A DNA stretch of 64,000 nt from Candidatus Saccharimonadales bacterium (GCA_036382575.1 DASVHL010000033.1:8389-72388); one strand, 5' to 3'; shown: positions 8,193-18,852, numbered from the stretch's first letter. Translations and numbers: made by a program. Notes: generated by a model from the letters alone, not told the origin.

Positions 8193-9422
8193 TTAGTTCT
8201 CCCCTAGTTGTTTTTTAGCAGCATCAAGTTGTGGATCCCTGCCAGCATTCACATCCTCAGCAGTCAAATCAACTTTTTGGTTTGGCGCAATGCCCTCTTT
8301 GGTAATATTCTTGCCGTTTGGCGTATACCAACGAGCCACAGTCACCTTTAGAATAGTTCCTGCGCCAAGATCAATCACCTTCTGAACTGTTCCTTTACCG
8401 TAGGTCTTTTCACCAATTAAGGTAGCCACTTTGTGATCCTGGAGTGCACCAGCCACAATTTCGCTGGCACTGGCGCTACTTGCGTTTACTAGTACAACCG
8501 TCGGCAGACCAGCCAAGATTGGATCACCACCCGATTTAAGCTCTTCAGTTACCTTTCCGTTGACACGTTCTGATACCACCACTTGATCCTTGAGCCATAG
8601 CCCTGCCACGTCCTGAGCTGCTGTCAGATAGCCGCCACCGTTGCCACGAAGATCAAGGATAACCGCACGTACGTTCTGCTGTTTAAAGCTTTGGGCAGCC
8701 TGTTTGGCAAGGTTCGATGTTTCATCATCAAAACGAGAAATTGTTAGCGTACCAACACCGTTTTCGACCGATGACTGAATGCTTGGATTGTTTACGATTG
8801 CGCGAGTAATCGTAAATTCTTTTGGCTCGTTGCCACGTATAACTGACACCTTAACTGTTGTATCAACATCACCACGAATTTTTTCAACAGTTTTTGAGAC
8901 AGTCCAGTCACCTGTCGATTCGCCATTAATGCCAACGATTACGTCACCAGCCATCAGACCTGCCTTAGCCGCTGGGTTACCCTCGATCACGCGAATAATG
9001 GTCGGTTGATCATTTCGCTTGCCCACCTCGGCACCAATACCACCACCGATCTTGCCCGATAGATCGTTATTGAAGTCAGAAGCTTCCTTAGCGTCCATAA
9101 AGACCGTGTATTGATCACCTGCGGCGGCAACCATGCCACGGCTCGCTCCATCAATTAGCTTAGCCTCATCCAATTGACCATCGTAGTTTGCCTTTAGCTG
9201 CTGATAAGCCTTCTGGACAGTTGCTAAATCAAGCGTGCCAGTTTCAACCTTGAACCCAAGTACTGGCGCGATAACACTCAGGATCTCATTGCCGCGCGTA
9301 CCCGCTACAAAGCTAATAACTGCAACAATTGCGATGGTTAAGAAATAAATATTTTTTGATATTCCGGTGGTGGCGCGCTCTAAAGGCGTCGCCATAGACT
9401 GTTGGTTGGATGACACGGACAT
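8193..9422 (-). CDS. ctp: S41 carboxy-terminal processing protease with PDZ domain
   Basis: PDZ (GNPAAKAGLMAGDVIVGING) plus S41 core (LDLRGNGGGYL, NASSASASEIVAGALQD, GEKTYGKG). Start uncertain: ATGs at 9470, 9422 and 9395. Confidence 0.85.
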   Translation of the reverse strand: MSVSSNQQSMATPLERATTGISKNIYFLTIAIVAVISFVAGTRGNEILSVIAPVLGFKVETGTLDLATVQKAYQQLKANYDGQLDEAKLIDGASRGMVAAAGDQYTVFMDAKEASDFNNDLSGKIGGGIGAEVGKRNDQPTIIRVIEGNPAAKAGLMAGDVIVGINGESTGDWTVSKTVEKIRGDVDTTVKVSVIRGNEPKEFTITRAIVNNPSIQSSVENGVGTLTISRFDDETSNLAKQAAQSFKQQNVRAVILDLRGNGGGYLTAAQDVAGLWLKDQVVVSERVNGKVTEELKSGGDPILAGLPTVVLVNASSASASEIVAGALQDHKVATLIGEKTYGKGTVQKVIDLGAGTILKVTVARWYTPNGKNITKEGIAPNQKVDLTAEDVNAGRDPQLDAAKKQLGEN

Positions 9423-9460
9423 TCCCCTCTGTTGGTTTACTATAAAATACCTCTTATAAT

Positions 9461-9491
9461 TATAGCGCACCCCGTCGAGGAGTGCGCTATA
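9461..9491 (-). terminator. hairpin downstream of the CHAP gene (weak T-tract)
   Basis: 10-bp stem TATAGCGCAC / GTGCGCTATA with 11-nt loop. Confidence 0.4.
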
Positions 9492-9517
9492 AAAACCATA
9501 ATCACATTATTTACTGT

Positions 9518-10750
9518 TTACGGGAATCGGAGTAAGACGACGCCAGAATTTTTAACATCCATTGTGCTGTATTGACCAGTGCCATAGAAGTTGTACTGAC
9601 TGACGTGCATCCAGTCGCCATTAACTGATTCGACAATCATCACGTGACCGATTGGCGCAAAGTTACCTGAAGCTGGCAGGACGACGACGTCACCTGGCTG
9701 TGGATCGTAAACGCGGTAGGCGCCGCTGTATGCAGGTGCACTGCGTGGCCAATCCATAGCGTTACCTTGCCCACGGAAGCCATTAACCTGCTTGCCGAAA
9801 CGGTACTGCAATGCCCATGCCACATAGCTAACACATTCACGGTTATACAACTGCCATTCATCGACAATCGCATCGTGACCAAAGCTACAGTAGTTGCGGC
9901 CTTGAACTGGACTATAGCCGTACCCACCGCCACAAGCACCAAGATTACCACTCCAGTTTGTATACTGGAAGCTACCAACCACACCAGATTGCCCACCACC
10001 AGGTCCACTGAGTAGGCTGCGATAATACGCTGCCTGGCGAGCAGACGCATCAGACATCTGCTGTTGAGCTGCACCAATCAATGATTGATAGGCCGCTTCT
10101 TCACCCTTGGTTTGATCAAGAAGAACTTGCTGCTGTTGCTGATTTGCCGCTAATGCGTTACGTTGAACAGTTTGATTTGCGAGCACTGCTTCGACTTCAG
10201 TCTTTGCCTTGCCTAGCTTCACTTTTTCATCATTAATAGTCTTAATAATATCTTGGAGTTGATCACTCTGTGAAGCTTGTAGCGATTGTTTATCAACGTA
10301 TTCGCTAATATTCTTGCTGCTCGCTAGCATCTCAAGTGGTGATACACTATCACCGACATAGCGGTCCGCAAGGACGACACCGAGCGCTATCTTGCTGTCA
10401 GCAATCTTTTGCTCAGCAGCCTTGATATCTTCTTGTAATTTATCAAACTTGGTCTGGTTAAGGTCGATCTGTGTCTGGATGATGTTTTTCTGAACTTCTA
10501 ATTCATTTACCGCAGCCTGCAAGCTACCAATCTGTACCTGCAATGCACCGGCCTGTTGTTTGTACTGGTTAATTTTTGACTGCAATGCGTTGATCTGATC
10601 ATCAAATGGATCAGCATGCACTTTCGGCATCAACGCGAGAGGCGTCGCAACGCTCATAACGACAGCAGTGGCAACAAGCGCAAACTTGGTGAGTAACCCT
10701 GATGTAACTGGTGTGGCGGACCGTTGCTTCATTACTTTCAATCCTAGCAT
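9518..10750 (-). CDS. PcsB/CwlO-like secreted peptidoglycan hydrolase: coiled-coil N-domain plus C-terminal CHAP domain
   Basis: Signal peptide, then about 200 aa of Q/L-rich heptad-like sequence. CHAP Cys context NRECVSYVAWAL and His context GHVMIVESV. AAGGAG SD 9 nt upstream of the ATG. Confidence 0.8.
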   Translation of the reverse strand: MLGLKVMKQRSATPVTSGLLTKFALVATAVVMSVATPLALMPKVHADPFDDQINALQSKINQYKQQAGALQVQIGSLQAAVNELEVQKNIIQTQIDLNQTKFDKLQEDIKAAEQKIADSKIALGVVLADRYVGDSVSPLEMLASSKNISEYVDKQSLQASQSDQLQDIIKTINDEKVKLGKAKTEVEAVLANQTVQRNALAANQQQQQVLLDQTKGEEAAYQSLIGAAQQQMSDASARQAAYYRSLLSGPGGGQSGVVGSFQYTNWSGNLGACGGGYGYSPVQGRNYCSFGHDAIVDEWQLYNRECVSYVAWALQYRFGKQVNGFRGQGNAMDWPRSAPAYSGAYRVYDPQPGDVVVLPASGNFAPIGHVMIVESVNGDWMHVSQYNFYGTGQYSTMDVKNSGVVLLRFP

Positions 10751-10794
10751 AAGCAGTATCTCCTTGTCAATTTATGTGTTATCTGTTAAAAGTA

Positions 10795-11775
10795 TTAAAT
10801 CTTTAAATATCGTCGTGTTGCGAGTAGTGATGAAATCACGCCAATCAGACCACCCAGGAAGATCATACCGAGTACAACAAACCCAATATATGTCGTTGTC
10901 ATTTCAAGAGTACTCTGGACACTTACCCCGTAGCTGAGTAATTTTTCGCTTGAAGCCTGCAAAAGAATAACACCTAGAACAGTTGCAATGACTGCTGCAA
11001 TAAATCCGTAGACAACTGCCTCAACAAGGAATGGACCGCGGATAAAGCTTCCATCAGCGCCAATCAATTTCATCATCTGAATTTCATCTTTGCGGTTAAA
11101 AATGGCCATGCGAATGGTATTAAAGACAATAAGTGATGAGATAGCGACGAAGACAATACTGGCAACCAACCCGGCCTTTTCGGCAAAGCCTACCCAGCGG
11201 CCAATATTGGCAATAGCAGACTTACGCTCGCCAGCAAACGATGGTTTACGATTTGCATCAATATTAGCCTTTACTGTGGCGTCTTGTTTTACAAACGCCT
11301 CTAATTCTTTGGTGTCATTAATATCAACGAGTTTGACACGGAATGTGCCCGGGAAACGATTCGTCGACTCATTCAATGCATTCAACACACCGGCATCGTC
11401 ATTATTAGCTTCAGCGAAATTGTCACGTGCCTCTTTCGGAGTAATGTAGTCCACGCCCTTCACGGTGCTGAGTTTAGTAAGACCAGACTCAATCTTTTTG
11501 ACATCTTCATCTTTAATATCAGTGTTGAGATAGATAGACATGTCGACGTTATCTCGAATAACACCCACAGTATCAAGCAAGACATTACGGGCGGCTAATG
11601 TCGTAAAGACAACCAGTAATGTAATCGTCATAACAGCAGTTGCTGCAATTGTCAGCCACGCATTACGGCTAAAATTATTTACGCCATAACGGCACATACG
11701 AACAAAGGTAAGCCATTGGCGACGGTTGCGCTTTTGTTGAGCAAACGCTTTGGCGTCTAGTTTTCGTTTGCTCAT
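10795..11775 (-). CDS. ftsX: cell division ABC transporter permease-like protein FtsX
   Basis: 4-TM FtsX topology with a large first extracytoplasmic loop. ATGA overlap with ftsE. Confidence 0.9.
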   Translation of the reverse strand: MSKRKLDAKAFAQQKRNRRQWLTFVRMCRYGVNNFSRNAWLTIAATAVMTITLLVVFTTLAARNVLLDTVGVIRDNVDMSIYLNTDIKDEDVKKIESGLTKLSTVKGVDYITPKEARDNFAEANNDDAGVLNALNESTNRFPGTFRVKLVDINDTKELEAFVKQDATVKANIDANRKPSFAGERKSAIANIGRWVGFAEKAGLVASIVFVAISSLIVFNTIRMAIFNRKDEIQMMKLIGADGSFIRGPFLVEAVVYGFIAAVIATVLGVILLQASSEKLLSYGVSVQSTLEMTTTYIGFVVLGMIFLGGLIGVISSLLATRRYLKI

Positions 11776-12455
11776 TGTTTGTAGCTCCCCTCTGCTTGAT
11801 CACTGCTGATCTTACCGTGTTCAAGTGTAACAACGCGGCGTTTTAACTTGTTCACGATCTCAACGTTGTGTGTCGTTAGTAGTACTGTTGTTCCATATTT
11901 GTTGATTTTTTCCAATAGACGAACAATATCCCAGCTGTGTTTTGGATCCAAGTTACCGGTCGGCTCATCTGCGATCAGAATCTTTGGCTGACGCACAACG
12001 GCACGAGCAATCGCGACACGCTGACGCTCACCACCAGATAACTGGTGCGGAAAGTTCTTTTCCTTGCCAACAAGTCCAACTAGTTCAATCACCTTTGGTA
12101 CGGTATTCTTAATTTCGCGGTTGGTCATACCAGCAATTTCAAGTGCGAAAGCAATATTTTCAAAAACTGTACGCTGCGGCAATAGTTTAAAGTCCTGGAA
12201 AACCACACCAATTTTGCGACGCAGTAGTGGAATATGCTTATCCTTTAGCGTGTCGTAGTCTATACCGCCAACGACGATCTTACCACTAGTCGGTTTTTCC
12301 TCACGAGTTAACAAACGCAGTAGCGTTGTCTTGCCTGCACCACTGGTCCCTACCAAAATGACAAACTCTTTTGGTTCAACGTGAAGGCTGATTCGGTTCA
12401 GTGCCGGTTTTAAATCTTTACCGTACGACTTGGTGACGCGATCTAATAGAATCAT
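11772..12455 (-). CDS. ftsE: cell division ATP-binding protein FtsE
   Basis: Walker A GTSGAGKTT, signature LSGGERQR, Walker B ILIADEPT. Start placed at MILLDRVTKSYG. Confidence 0.9.
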   Translation of the reverse strand: MILLDRVTKSYGKDLKPALNRISLHVEPKEFVILVGTSGAGKTTLLRLLTREEKPTSGKIVVGGIDYDTLKDKHIPLLRRKIGVVFQDFKLLPQRTVFENIAFALEIAGMTNREIKNTVPKVIELVGLVGKEKNFPHQLSGGERQRVAIARAVVRQPKILIADEPTGNLDPKHSWDIVRLLEKINKYGTTVLLTTHNVEIVNKLKRRVVTLEHGKISSDQAEGSYKQ

Positions 12456-12521
12456 TACTTTAGTTATTATAGCATAAGAAGGACGGACGCAAACGGTCCT
12501 CTCCACTACTTATGCACAGGC

Positions 12522-13607
12522 CTAGTGACTATTAAGATTTGCTTCCAGATACGCAGTCATAAATCCATCAATCTTGCCATCGAGTACACCGCTAGCGTCA
12601 CGGTCCTCATGTTTTGTGCGCGTATCTTTGACCATCGTGTAGGGATGCAGTACATAATTACGGATTTGACTTCCCCAACTAGCAGATTCATTTGCCTGTA
12701 AGTCACTGATATTTTCAGCGTGCTGCTCGAGCTGTAATTGCGCTAATTTTGAACGCAGGATTTTCATCGCCGTTTCTTTGTTCTGCAGCTGCGAACGCTC
12801 GTTTTGAATTGCCACAACGATGCCGGTTGGAATATGCGTCACACGAACCGCACTATCTGTTGTATTAACCGACTGACCGCCATGACCACCAGCCCTATAC
12901 ACATCAATCTTGAGATCCTTGTCGTCAATCGCCACTTCATCCGGTGTATTGATCTGCGGCAAGATATCAACGAGCGCAAAGCTCGTTTGACGAAGGTTAT
13001 CGCTATTAAATGGACTCAGACGCACCAAACGATGCACACCATTTTCTGAGCGTAGTTTTCCGTAGGCATATGGACCAGTTAGTTCAATGACGCTACTCTT
13101 AATACCAGCCTCATCCGCCGCAGAACGTTCAACAATGGTCGTTTGCATACCAGCCTTTTCCGCCCAGCGAAGATACATCCGCTCGAGCATCTCGGTCCAG
13201 TCCTGTGCGTCAGTACCGCCCGCCCCGGCGCTCAAACGAATAATTGCGTTGTGGTCGTCGTACTGACCATTGAACAGTAGTTCCTTTTTACGCTCAGCTA
13301 ATTCAGACTCCAGTGCGGTCAACTGCGTATCAAATTCTTTTGCAAGGCTGTCGTCACCCAGCTCCATCAATTCGCGCATATCATCAACCTGACTACGAAG
13401 GATATGCCACGGCTCTACCATTGACTGTAGGGCTGCCGCCTGTTTGCTTTTCTCTTGCGCATAGGCAGGATTGTTCCAGATTTCAGGCGAAGCTAACTCT
13501 GTCTCAACAGCACTCAGCTGGGTTGCTTTGGCATCAATCGCCAGCTGTTCATACGCGGCCATGATTGAATCACGCAGTACGTCGAGACGTTTTACCAGCG
13601 GCTGCAT
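12522..13607 (-). CDS. prfB: peptide chain release factor 2, contiguous ORF with no programmed frameshift
   Basis: SPF tripeptide (RLSPFNS) and GGQ (GGHGGQSVN). Uninterrupted 361-aa ORF. Confidence 0.95.
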   Translation of the reverse strand: MQPLVKRLDVLRDSIMAAYEQLAIDAKATQLSAVETELASPEIWNNPAYAQEKSKQAAALQSMVEPWHILRSQVDDMRELMELGDDSLAKEFDTQLTALESELAERKKELLFNGQYDDHNAIIRLSAGAGGTDAQDWTEMLERMYLRWAEKAGMQTTIVERSAADEAGIKSSVIELTGPYAYGKLRSENGVHRLVRLSPFNSDNLRQTSFALVDILPQINTPDEVAIDDKDLKIDVYRAGGHGGQSVNTTDSAVRVTHIPTGIVVAIQNERSQLQNKETAMKILRSKLAQLQLEQHAENISDLQANESASWGSQIRNYVLHPYTMVKDTRTKHEDRDASGVLDGKIDGFMTAYLEANLNSH

Positions 13608-13609
13608 AC

Positions 13610-14911
13610 TTATGATTCCTCTAGTTTTTCAACAGCAGCAATGAATTGATCACCGCGATCGCCATAGTTCTTGAACATATCAAAGCTCGCACTTGCTGGA
13701 CTTAGGATAACAACATCGCCTGATTGTGCACGCATAGCAGCAGCCTTAACAAAATCACCCATATTGATTGAATCGACGTAGGTAACTGCCGCACCCGCTG
13801 CCTTGGCTTGCAACAATTCTTTAATCTTTACACCTGTTCGACCCACCGTTATAACAGCCCGCACTGTGTCGCTAGCAATAATTTCATCAACTAAATCAGT
13901 GTAGTCAGCCCCTTTGTCTGATCCACCCAAAATAAGCACTTTCGGCGCATCAAAAGCATGAATAGCCGCAATGGCACTGCCAGGAGTTGTTGCAATGCTA
14001 TCGTCGAAATATGCAACTTCCTGAACATTACGTACAAACCTTAGCCGGTGCGGCAGACCGGTGAACGAGCTTAATCCCATTTCAATAGCCTCTGGTGTTA
14101 CCGTATTATCCAATGCTAATACGGCTGTGATCGCCGCACAGGCATTATCTTGATTATGATAACCCGGAAGCCTCAGAGCCTCAAGCGAACATAGGGCCTG
14201 ATTGGCATAATAGAATTGCCCCTCTTGAACCCGGACAGATTGCTCTGTTTGATACGGAATTTGCTGTGCAGTAGAAAGTCTAGCAATCTGTGTAGATGAT
14301 TGGTTAGACGCATTGTAAATTACATAATCTGCCGCTGTTTGATAGCGCGCGATATTCGCTTTGGCCTGAACGTAATTCTCGAAGTCACGGTGAACATCGA
14401 GGTGATCTGCTTCAATCATCAGCACCACTGCAACGTGTGGCGACCGTTCGACGTCCCATAATTGAAAACTGCTCAGTTCATACACGACAATATCATCGGC
14501 GTGAACATCAGCTAAGGTGTCGAGTGCCGGAACGCCAATATTGCCAACGAGATGAACAGTTTTGCCCGCAGAACGAAGCATACTAGTAATCAGGCTACTA
14601 GTCGTCCCCTTACCCTTGCTGCCAGTGACGCCGATAATAGGTGCGGGGCATTTTTCAAAGAATTCATTTGTTGCAGACCACACTTTTCCATCAGTCTTAA
14701 TTTTATGTGGCGCAAGTCCAGCGGTGCGAATCACCAAATCATAACCATTAAGTTTAGCAAACGCGTCTTCACCCACGATCAATGAGGCATCGACAGGCAC
14801 AGGATGTGATGGTTGGTGTTCGTCAACAATCACAACTTGATTGTCGGACGTATTCCAATAGCGATAGCTCGATTCACCTTCTACGCCGTAGCCTGCAATT
14901 GCGATCTTCAT
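13610..14911 (-). CDS. murD: UDP-N-acetylmuramoyl-L-alanine--D-glutamate ligase
   Basis: MKIAIAGYGVEG Rossmann N-terminus and Mur ligase P-loop VTGSKGKGTT. Confidence 0.88.
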   Translation of the reverse strand: MKIAIAGYGVEGESSYRYWNTSDNQVVIVDEHQPSHPVPVDASLIVGEDAFAKLNGYDLVIRTAGLAPHKIKTDGKVWSATNEFFEKCPAPIIGVTGSKGKGTTSSLITSMLRSAGKTVHLVGNIGVPALDTLADVHADDIVVYELSSFQLWDVERSPHVAVVLMIEADHLDVHRDFENYVQAKANIARYQTAADYVIYNASNQSSTQIARLSTAQQIPYQTEQSVRVQEGQFYYANQALCSLEALRLPGYHNQDNACAAITAVLALDNTVTPEAIEMGLSSFTGLPHRLRFVRNVQEVAYFDDSIATTPGSAIAAIHAFDAPKVLILGGSDKGADYTDLVDEIIASDTVRAVITVGRTGVKIKELLQAKAAGAAVTYVDSINMGDFVKAAAMRAQSGDVVILSPASASFDMFKNYGDRGDQFIAAVEKLEES

Positions 14912-14920
14912 AACTCTAGT

Positions 14921-16207
14921 TTACTCCGACTGGAAAAGAGTCGCTAATTTATCGTTTAATTCTACGATCTCTTCTTTTTCGCCGCTACTTACACCGGCCA
15001 AAACCCAGGCGTTACTGCCAATAAATTCACGAGCAGTACTGATGATGCATTCACGGGTTGTTTTACGGATCGAATCAGGTACTTTTTCGTAATCTTTCAC
15101 GATACCATCTGCAAAATAACGACCGGTGTAAAAATTGCTAATCTGCGCAACGGTCTGCGCACCCATTTGATAGCGTCCGAGTGCATAGGATTTTGCTGCA
15201 ACGAGTTCGTCTTCGGTGATATTACCGTCGAGAACATGTTTGACTTCGCTTACGATAATGTCGAATAACGCACCTGATGTTTCAAGATTCACCTGACCAC
15301 CAAAATCCCAGCTACTATCATGGAACCCAACTGATGTGTCGGAAAAGACACCATACGCCAGTCCCTTTTTACGGGCGGCGCCATAAATACGCGAGTGCAT
15401 CGTCCCAGTCAGAATCTGATCAAGGCAGTTCATCGCCTCAGCCTCTTCATCATTTAATTCACGTGGCATGGTAATTGAAAGACCAAATGTAAGGTTCGAA
15501 GCTTCTTTGCGACGAATCAATGTTGGGTTCGCACTTGAAAGAATGTCTTTTGGTACTGCAAAGCGTTCACCAGCCGGCAGTTCCCAATCTTCTAATTGAC
15601 GACGAATTTCAGTCATGCGACCCTTTAACTTACCGGCAATCACAAAGCACATATTATTAGCCGTATGCGTACGCTTGTGATGTTCGCGAATATCCGCTAG
15701 GCTCACATTTTGAATCGTCTGCAGTCGCTGCCAGAATGTATAGACATCCTCACCCAGGAGCTGCTGAATTTTTGGCCAAAGTACCCGGTTGTGATTATTT
15801 AAATAACCAGTGAGTTCGCTCTTAACATTGCCCTTTTCAGCCTCAAGCTCTTCTTTATTAAAGCGTGGCTGACAAATCGCCACACGCTGCAACGCAAAGA
15901 TACGCTCCCACTCAAAATCTGCGCAGTCAGCTACGTAGACCATCGAAAGATCGCTAGTATAGGCATTGTGATAGGCACCGTTTTTAGTAAAATCAGCCTC
16001 GTATTCATGCTCTGATTTATATTTAGCATTGGCACCGAATGCCATGTGCTCCATGATGTGAGCAGTTTCGTAGATGTCTTTATTGCGGACATAACGATTA
16101 CCAGCACGGAACTGAAATTGAAAGCTCATCACAGTAGCGCCGGGAATATCAATAAAAAGACCGCGGGCTCCGTTTTTTAATCGCACTTCTTGAACGGTGT
16201 GTTTCAT
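14921..16207 (-). CDS. M16 (pitrilysin/insulinase) family zinc peptidase
   Basis: Inverted zincin motif HIMEH (HxxEH) near the N-terminus. About 430 aa. Confidence 0.8.
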   Translation of the reverse strand: MKHTVQEVRLKNGARGLFIDIPGATVMSFQFQFRAGNRYVRNKDIYETAHIMEHMAFGANAKYKSEHEYEADFTKNGAYHNAYTSDLSMVYVADCADFEWERIFALQRVAICQPRFNKEELEAEKGNVKSELTGYLNNHNRVLWPKIQQLLGEDVYTFWQRLQTIQNVSLADIREHHKRTHTANNMCFVIAGKLKGRMTEIRRQLEDWELPAGERFAVPKDILSSANPTLIRRKEASNLTFGLSITMPRELNDEEAEAMNCLDQILTGTMHSRIYGAARKKGLAYGVFSDTSVGFHDSSWDFGGQVNLETSGALFDIIVSEVKHVLDGNITEDELVAAKSYALGRYQMGAQTVAQISNFYTGRYFADGIVKDYEKVPDSIRKTTRECIISTAREFIGSNAWVLAGVSSGEKEEIVELNDKLATLFQSE

Positions 16208-16230
16208 ATGTATTTACTTCCTACCACCCG

Positions 16231-18852
16231 TTACTTGCGATTTGTTTTACGATTTTGTCGCTGCGCTTTTTTCTTTTTGCGAACAACGTTTTTCTGTCGA
16301 TTAATATCAGATGCCGACTTGGCTTTTTTGGCTTTAAAATCATCATCACGATTTGATTCACCGCTCGTAATCTCATTCACGCCCTTTTCAACGGCATGTT
16401 CGGCTAGTCGGGTAAGCTCAGTGTCATGATCTTCGGCTTCACTGGCAATAACATCGTGGACGTGGACATGCATGACCGAGCGAAGTACTTCATCACGAAG
16501 CATCGCCTGAAGACTATTAAAGAGATGTTGAGATTCGCTACGATATTCAACCAGTGGATCACGCTGACCAACACTTCGCCAGTGAATACCTTCACGTAGG
16601 TGCTGCATATTCTCAAGGTGTTGCATCCAGAGCGTATCAAGAACCTGCAAATACACTTCACGTTCAACCTTACGGATGACTTCTTCGCCTAGTTCTTTTT
16701 CCTTAGCAGCGTACAGTTTCTCAACTGCCTTTTTGGCAAGTTCGAAACGTAGTTTATCTTTCTTCTCTGCACCAATTGCCTCGATTGTCTTAGCAGTTGT
16801 CGGGAAGACAGTTTCAAATTGCTCGGCAAAGTTTCGATTATTCTTTGCTGGTACAACAGTGAGTTCGCGTAGTTTTTCATCAATTAAACGCTGAATTTCT
16901 GGTTTGATATTATCGCCTTCAAGAATCTTGCGACGCATAACATAGACAACGCGACGGTGGCGGTTGATGACGTTGTCGTACTGAACAACATTTTTACGAG
17001 TATCGTAGTTATACCCTTCAACGCGTTTTTGGGCAGCTTCAAGCGTCTTAGACACGGCCTTGTTTTGGATAGCCGTATCTTCATCGACGCCCAATCGATC
17101 CATAAGTGACGCAATTCGTTCACCCTGGAAAATACGCATCAAATCATCTTCGGTACTTACATAGAATTGCGTTTCGCCCGGATCACCCTGGCGGCCACCA
17201 CGGCCACGTAGCTGATTATCAATACGGCGTGATTCATGTCGCTCAGAGCCAATCACGACGAGTCCGCCAAGTTCCTTCACGCCTTCACCGAGAACAATAT
17301 CGGTACCACGACCGGCAATGTTGGTAGCGAGCGTAATAGCGCCTTTTTGACCAGCTTTTTCAACAATCGCCGCTTCGCGTTCGTTGTTTTTGGCGTTCAA
17401 TAATTCGTAAGGAACCTTTTCTTTATCAAGCCATGCTGCAATCAATTCGTTTTTCGCAATCGATGCAGAACCAACCAAGACCGGTCGACCCTGGTCGTGA
17501 TATTCCTTAATGGCATCAGCGACAGCTTTTAGCTTGCCTTTTTCAGTTTTAAAGATTAGGTCTTCGTGATCGATACGAGCAATCGGACGGTTTGACGGAA
17601 TCTGGATAACATCCAAACTATAGATCTGCTGGAACTCTTCGGCCTCTGTAAATGCCGTACCAGTCATACCCGAAAGCTTGTTATACAAGCGGAAATAGTT
17701 CTGGAATGAAACAGTGGCGAGTGTCATGCTTTCCTGCAGAACTGAAACACCTTCTTTGGCTTCGATTGCCTGATGAAGCCCTTCGTTGTAGCGACGACCT
17801 TGCATCAAACGACCTGTGTGTTCGTCGACGATAATCACTTCACCGTCTTTTGTGACAACGTAATCCTTATCACGCTTAAAGATAGCCTGGGCGCGGAGCG
17901 CCTGGTCCATGTGGTAGACAGAACGGACAGCATCTGGTGTGTATAAGTTTTTTATGCCCAACATTTTTTGAACCTTCTCAACGCCCTCGTCGGTCAAGGC
18001 AACACTACGGCGCTTTTCGTCCAGAATATAATCTTCTTCTTTTAGCTTGGCAGCGATTTTTGCAAACTGATAGTAGCTATCAGGATTTTCCGCAGCTGGT
18101 GCGCTAATAATCAGAGGTGTTCGCGCCTCATCGATCAAAATTGAGTCAACCTCGTCGACAATTGCGAAGTTCAATTCACGCTGACGAAGTAGTTCCATTT
18201 CATTCACCATGTTGTCGCGCAGGTAGTCAAAACCAAACTCGTTGTTCGTACCATATGTAATATCAGCTGCATATGCTTCTTTACGAGTAACAGGACGGAG
18301 CTTACGCATACGTGGGTCGGTGTGGTCTTCGTTGTCATAATCTTTGTCATAAACAAATGAAGCGTCATTAATAATGACACCAGTACTCATACCGAGGAAA
18401 TCATAGAGCTCACCCATCCAGCTCGCGTCACGCTGTGCCAAGTAGTCGTTCACGGTAACAACATGTACACCCTTTTCTTCAAGTGCATTTAGATACACAG
18501 GTAGTGTCGCCACCAATGTCTTACCTTCACCCGTCTTCATTTCAGCCACATTGCCATCGTGGAGCACCATGCCACCGATCAACTGAACGTCAAAGTGACG
18601 CATGCCGAGCACACGGTCGCCAGCTTCACGTACTAACGCGAAAGCATCAGGCAGAATGTCATCGAGCGTTACGTTCTTCTTTGCTAGGCGTTCTTTTAGA
18701 GCCGCAGTCTGCTTGCGAAGTTCGGGCTTGGTCATTTTTTTATAGGTGTCAGCAAGGCCATTGACTGTCTCAACCTTCTTTTGCAATGTCTTAAGCAATC
18801 GCTGCTGCGGATCACCGAACACCTTTGTTAACGCTTTTTGTCGACTAACCAT
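16231..18852 (-). CDS. secA: preprotein translocase ATPase SecA
   Basis: MKTGEGKTL Walker A, DEVDSILIDEARTPLIIS, TNMAGRGTDI-like TNIAGRGTDIVLG. 873 aa with a basic C-tail. Confidence 0.97.
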   Translation of the reverse strand: MVSRQKALTKVFGDPQQRLLKTLQKKVETVNGLADTYKKMTKPELRKQTAALKERLAKKNVTLDDILPDAFALVREAGDRVLGMRHFDVQLIGGMVLHDGNVAEMKTGEGKTLVATLPVYLNALEEKGVHVVTVNDYLAQRDASWMGELYDFLGMSTGVIINDASFVYDKDYDNEDHTDPRMRKLRPVTRKEAYAADITYGTNNEFGFDYLRDNMVNEMELLRQRELNFAIVDEVDSILIDEARTPLIISAPAAENPDSYYQFAKIAAKLKEEDYILDEKRRSVALTDEGVEKVQKMLGIKNLYTPDAVRSVYHMDQALRAQAIFKRDKDYVVTKDGEVIIVDEHTGRLMQGRRYNEGLHQAIEAKEGVSVLQESMTLATVSFQNYFRLYNKLSGMTGTAFTEAEEFQQIYSLDVIQIPSNRPIARIDHEDLIFKTEKGKLKAVADAIKEYHDQGRPVLVGSASIAKNELIAAWLDKEKVPYELLNAKNNEREAAIVEKAGQKGAITLATNIAGRGTDIVLGEGVKELGGLVVIGSERHESRRIDNQLRGRGGRQGDPGETQFYVSTEDDLMRIFQGERIASLMDRLGVDEDTAIQNKAVSKTLEAAQKRVEGYNYDTRKNVVQYDNVINRHRRVVYVMRRKILEGDNIKPEIQRLIDEKLRELTVVPAKNNRNFAEQFETVFPTTAKTIEAIGAEKKDKLRFELAKKAVEKLYAAKEKELGEEVIRKVEREVYLQVLDTLWMQHLENMQHLREGIHWRSVGQRDPLVEYRSESQHLFNSLQAMLRDEVLRSVMHVHVHDVIASEAEDHDTELTRLAEHAVEKGVNEITSGESNRDDDFKAKKAKSASDINRQKNVVRKKKKAQRQNRKTNRK

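Noticed and set aside
13500-13607. Looked for the programmed +1 frameshift site (CUU UGA C type) near codon 25 of prfB.
   Set aside because: The RF2 ORF is uninterrupted from its ATG, and the N-terminus aligns with RF2 without a stop, so there is no frameshift autoregulation here. Both RF1 (PAT) and RF2 (SPF) are present, and I saw no gene interrupted by an in-frame stop, which is consistent with the standard genetic code.
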